From: the human T2T-CHM13v2.0 reference genome, Homo sapiens | Strand: one strand, 5' to 3' | DNA length: 64,000 nt | NCBI RefSeq assembly: GCF_009914755.1 | Contig: NC_060927.1 | Shown: positions 59,635 through 64,000 of the stretch, piece by piece | Position numbering within the stretch: the first letter of the stretch is position 1 | Layout of the letters: each line of letters starts with the position of its first letter | The notes under the pieces: model-generated | Database searches by the model: none | Told to the model about the DNA's origin: nothing | Seen by the model: only the letters and a program-made list of their open reading frames with translations | Translations under genes and position numbers: made by a program

Positions 59635-62600
59635 ATTTAGTTAACGTTCATTTTATAAAATACTTTAAAAGAACAGATAAAGTACTTGAGGTTACATAAT
59701 AACCAGAATTGAAAAGGAATGAATAAAATATAAATTAATTGAACATATGACTATTTTGCCACATCACACAAGTTTTAAAAAGGCATTTTAAAAAACAATA
59801 AAATAGTAATTGGGGAAAAAACCCTTCACTCTATTGGTGTCTTTGTCTGGAAAACTTTCCCAGAATCACTAAAATTCCAGGTCAACAGGTAGTACCTGAA
59901 TTATTCAAGTATACTGTAATTTGCTTCCAAATCTGTTAGCTGAAGAGAGAAACTAAAATTTTATCCAAGTTAATTCAGTGCAAATCAAAGCTTCAAGTTG
60001 AAAATCTGAGAGAAAAAATAACGTTCGAACTGTAGGAAATGCTTCTGGAACTGAAAAATTAAAAAATCACATTATGAAGAAATCTTTGCAAGTGTTCTTG
60101 GTATATGAAATGCTGAGTTAAGAAATGGGACCCTTTTAAGTTGCGGTGAGGGTTCTATTATGAAGACTATTTGCAATGTGGGCAAAAGGGAAACAGAGAG
60201 GGAAGAGCTGAAGGTTGTATTTGTGGAAGGAAATTCAAGTTAAGCAAAAACTGCTTTTATTCAATTCTAGAAAAATTTGGTGAGATATATCATACATTAG
60301 GGGATAAAACAGATTATGGAGATAAATTTACTGGAATATAATTGAGGATAAGTCCTTCTATCTCCAGAACATGTTTGGGTTGGGTGAGAAGGGTTGATAT
60401 TGGCCACATATCAGTAAGTTAATTTGTCTTAATTTTATGTATTATATGAAATGCTGACTTAAGAAAAAATTGTTACCAAATCTTGAGAAATGGAAGGAAT
60501 GTCTAACTTTTTGGATCACAGTGAAACAAAGTCTGGATCACTTCCAGACATCAACGAGCAGTCGCTTTTACAATAAAAAAAATTTTTTTTAGGTTTAATT
60601 TCATAGGTGATAGATAGCAATGGGTCTTTCTTGACAGTGTTTAATAGAAAGTTTTCCTCTTTTCATTCCATTACGTATGAATTTTTGATTCATTCTTTTT
60701 AAATGACAATACTAATGGTTGCTATTGAGTACAAGATGCAGAGATTTTGCTGGAGGCTGGTAAATTTTCTCTGCAAAACAGATATCCCCCCACCCCCCAC
60801 CCCCAAATTTCAGGTCCAGGTTTGCTATATCATCACTAGTCCTTTTTTAATTCTCACTGGAAATTTTCAAATATTGTTTATAAACTGAATGAGAATGTGC
60901 TATGTTCTCTAACATTCTTATTTTACATCATTCTCTAATATATTAGGAATGTTGCAACAATGTTATCACAATGAAGTGGCAACTTTTGGCCTTTAGACTG
61001 TACCTATCATCAGCAATCATAAAAAGGCCAAAATAAACAGTGCTATTCCAAGGTGACATCTGAAACTGTTAAAACAAGTGAAAAATCATAATGACAAAAC
61101 AGGGGTTCATAAAGCAAAAGAAAATTTGCCAATGCAATTTTAAAAGTGTAAGAAACTTCACTCATGTACCTACTCATGGGAAGAACATCTAAGGCAAATG
61201 AAAAATTCCCCTCCAGGGACATAACCAGCTCAGAACCATCTGAAAAAATTCATACAAAAGCAGAAATTACCCAAGGCCTGTGAGTCCTCATCTCATACCA
61301 TGAAAGCCAGACTGTCAAAAAAAGGGCACATGTCACTTTGCAAAGGAATGTATTAACTCCTCTCCCAGGGTCAACTTAGTCTACGTGTCTTTTGTATAAC
61401 ATTAATTTCCACCAGATCTACTAGATGTTCAGTCATGTCCTTTCAGGTCCTGAAGGCAGGCTCACTCTCTGATGCATCTTTTTATATCATGGTGGGTGTG
61501 AAGTGAAAAGAGGAGACACAGAAATATGCACAAACCCACAATTAGTCCATATTTAGAAAACTTTCTGTGGGTTCAAGCATTTACACAGAGATGATTTTAT
61601 CTCATTTCTCCATTAATTTCCCATTTGAAATGAAAACCAGCTAATTCTAAATTCTAAAGCCCTGGGGGAAACCTTCCAGGCTTTGTCTATCAGACAGACT
61701 TTGTCATAAAAAACACAGAAAAACAAAAATAAAACATTACGCTGGAATCAGCTTTTGAGAGTTTGTGCTTTAAAAACACAGTGCCTAACAGCACCAAGCA
61801 TATCATAGATGCTCAATAAATATTTGTAGATTTATTAAGAGTAATAACATGGTGTTTAAAGAACCAACCACCATTTTGTAAAATAGGCAAAACTACATTA
61901 ATTTCTTTCACCTGATTTGATAAAGCAGTGTGGAGCAATGAATGAGAGAATCTGCAAATTAAATATGAACTCTAATTTGATTGCAGAGAGAAAATTACTG
62001 AGAACTTTGCAAAAAACATTGCCACAGTAGCCTTGACACTCAACAGTGCAACGAAGAGTTAATGTTTCCACTGCAATATGAACTGGTTCCCACAGCTCTT
62101 AGGAGATAGAGTGTAATCACTTAAATGGGAAATGAACTCTAATTCCACTTGAGAAAAGGTATGTTATGTTCATAATTTTATCTGAAAATTATTAATATAT
62201 TTCAGGGAGATGGTCCTCTCATTCAGCATCCCTCAAAGTAATGCAGGCATAAGTATCAGGGGACCTTGTTATTTAACTTCAGTACAGCATTGTCTTATAC
62301 AAGTGTTCTCTCTTCCACATCTGTAGTAGCTGCTTTCTAATATTGTAGATTTTTACAGTTGTGACACCCCTGGGATGACAGACATGAGAATATGGAGGAT
62401 TAAAGGTTACAAAACTTAAACAAAAAAGGGAAGCTCCTCTATGTTATGTGAAAACCCCTTACAAAAGGCAGTTTATTGACAAATAAATGCTTTATACATT
62501 CAGGTTTTTCCCATCTCTCAATAGTGATGGTTTCCAAAGAAGAAACTCAGTAGTGAAGAATACATACTTTTTTTTTTTGCATTAGTTTGATCAGTTGAAA

Positions 62601-63143
62601 ATCAGAACCTTCAAAGCATCTTGTGAATGAGAGAAATGGAACTGGACCTGGGCAAGGCATGGGGATGGTAGAGATCCATATGAATAAATGATTTAGCTGT
62701 TGATGTGGACAGCAAGAGAGTTGGTGGGAAATGTTACAGCAGACCTGACCACGCTACAAAGGGTCTGTGAAGAACACAGTACAGGTATCAAAACACCAAA
62801 ACAAAACTAAACTAAAAACAAGAACAAACTGCAACTTTGCCAAATTGTAAACAAGGTAAAGCATTTCACAGGTTCAAAGTTCAAGGGAAGTAAACGTCTT
62901 TAAATTATTTTTGTCAGTTCAACCCTGATTTAAAAATATGGCTAGCAAAAACAAGGAAGCCACAGCTGTCGACATCCTGAGCAAGCATCGGTCTCCTTTG
63001 AGAAGCTGCACTCCCAAGCCTCTTCTCAAGCTGCTACACGAGGAGGAGACACTTCTCTCTTGAATTCCATCTCAGTTCTCTTTATTTCCACACTCTTGGA
63101 ATACATCGATTGCTTTCCATTTTGGTGTCTACAGTTCTGGCTG
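59635..63143 (-). other. CBLB: CBLB 3'UTR (distal end approximate)
   Basis: AU-rich, nearly repeat-free sequence after the stop codon. Minus-strand AATAAA at 62472-62477, 61831-61836 and 60256-60261, and TATAAA at 59652-59657. The distal end is inferred from the TATAAA plus a recalled UTR length of about 3.5 kb. Confidence 0.7.
62472..62477 (-). terminator. CBLB: Proximal CBLB poly(A) signal AATAAA
   Basis: Plus-strand tttatt about 670 nt past the stop. Followed on the minus strand by U/GU-rich sequence (ctgccttttgtaaggggtttt) and preceded by UGUA. Confidence 0.7.
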
Positions 63144-63403
63144 CTATAGATTTAGACGTGGGGATACTGGAGGAGGGAAGGCAAATTCTCGGAGGATGCT
63201 CCGGGCAACTTCGACATTATTCTGGGCTATCTCTAAGGCTCTCTTCACCTCTTCAAAGGCATAACCCTCTCCCATGAGTTTTGCAATTTTTGCATCGACA
63301 TTTTCCAATGCCGCCTCAGGCCCATGGGGTTTTCTGTGGTGAATTTCTGGTGCAGTCCTGCGCGGTCGTGGTTTAGGGGGTCTGGCTGGTGCCTGTGAAC
63401 CAT
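63144..63403 (-). CDS. CBLB: Terminal coding exon of E3 ubiquitin-protein ligase CBL-B (proline-rich tail plus UBA domain)
   Basis: Minus-strand translation (D)[85 protein letters not shown] matches the known CBL-B C-terminus. Stop TAG is plus-strand cta 63144-63146. Acceptor ...ctacacAG ends at plus-strand ct 63404-63405 (phase 1). Absent from the ORF track because it is a spliced exon. Confidence 0.98.
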
Positions 63404-64000
63404 CTGTGTAGATTTTTAAAGAGAGATACTATTTAAACAGTGAAATAAAAATGAAGGCAAGATAACATAACAGCATTATCTCATTTCCTATGGAAATATT
63501 ATTTCTTGTTTTCTTTACAAATAAACTTTTTTTCAATTTTTCCATACTATTGTGAGATAGGTAGTATTATCCTCATTTTGAACAACAGAAAATTAAGGTA
63601 CAGTGTGTTGGTAGTTCCACTGAGAAATTTACACATCTCCTTCTCTATTCCACATTTTATTCTTCAAGCCATATGTGGTCAGAGAGATAGAGAAAGGAAA
63701 AAATAATTAAAATAACTATCTAAAAAGGGAAGCCTTTCACTTTGTTTAGCAATACAGTTCACACTCTACTACAGCACAGGCTCTGGTTGATGGTTCTCCA
63801 GAAGAACAATCTTGGGAGGTTTCTATGAGAGGAAACTTTGTTCACAAGCTCACAAACAGCCATGGCAGAACGTCCCCACAGGTCCTGAGTCCCATCCATG
63901 TCACAGCAGAACTGCTCTAAAACAGATGCTCTGTAGCATTTTCCTAGCTGATTTTTCAAGTTAATAATCTGTGCCTTACTGATGCTAGGAGAAAAAAAAA
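63404..64000 (-). other. CBLB: CBLB last intron (partial)
   Basis: Lies upstream of the terminal-exon acceptor on the minus strand. Confidence 0.9.

Overview
Primate (human or great-ape) genomic DNA, mostly repeat-rich and non-coding. The only host coding sequence is the last exon of CBLB (E3 ubiquitin ligase Cbl-b, C-terminal UBA domain) on the minus strand at 63144-63403, followed leftwards by a 3'UTR with several candidate poly(A) signals. From recalled human gene order the rest is the interval between CBLB and ALCAM on 3q13. The main elements are a two-LTR HERV-L/MLT2A provirus (5090-11616, minus, defective) inside a dense nest of LTRs, a full-length THE1 MaLR (44760-47042), an L1PA 3' end, about 18 Alu or Alu fragments, older MLT1/MLT2/L1M/L2/MIR remnants and long TA/CA microsatellites. 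The most unusual structures are local copies of neighbouring DNA: a ~515-bp inverted duplication inserted into the HERV-L 5' LTR microsatellite, a ~40-bp copy of the HERV-L pre-integration site, and a 42-65-bp dispersed duplication. There is also a twin-primed inverted L1 and an AmnSINE1-like relic. I found no evidence of a new multi-gene system. Nearly all ORF-track entries are repeat or microsatellite artefacts. Repeat subfamily names come from recalled consensus sequences and need RepeatMasker confirmation.
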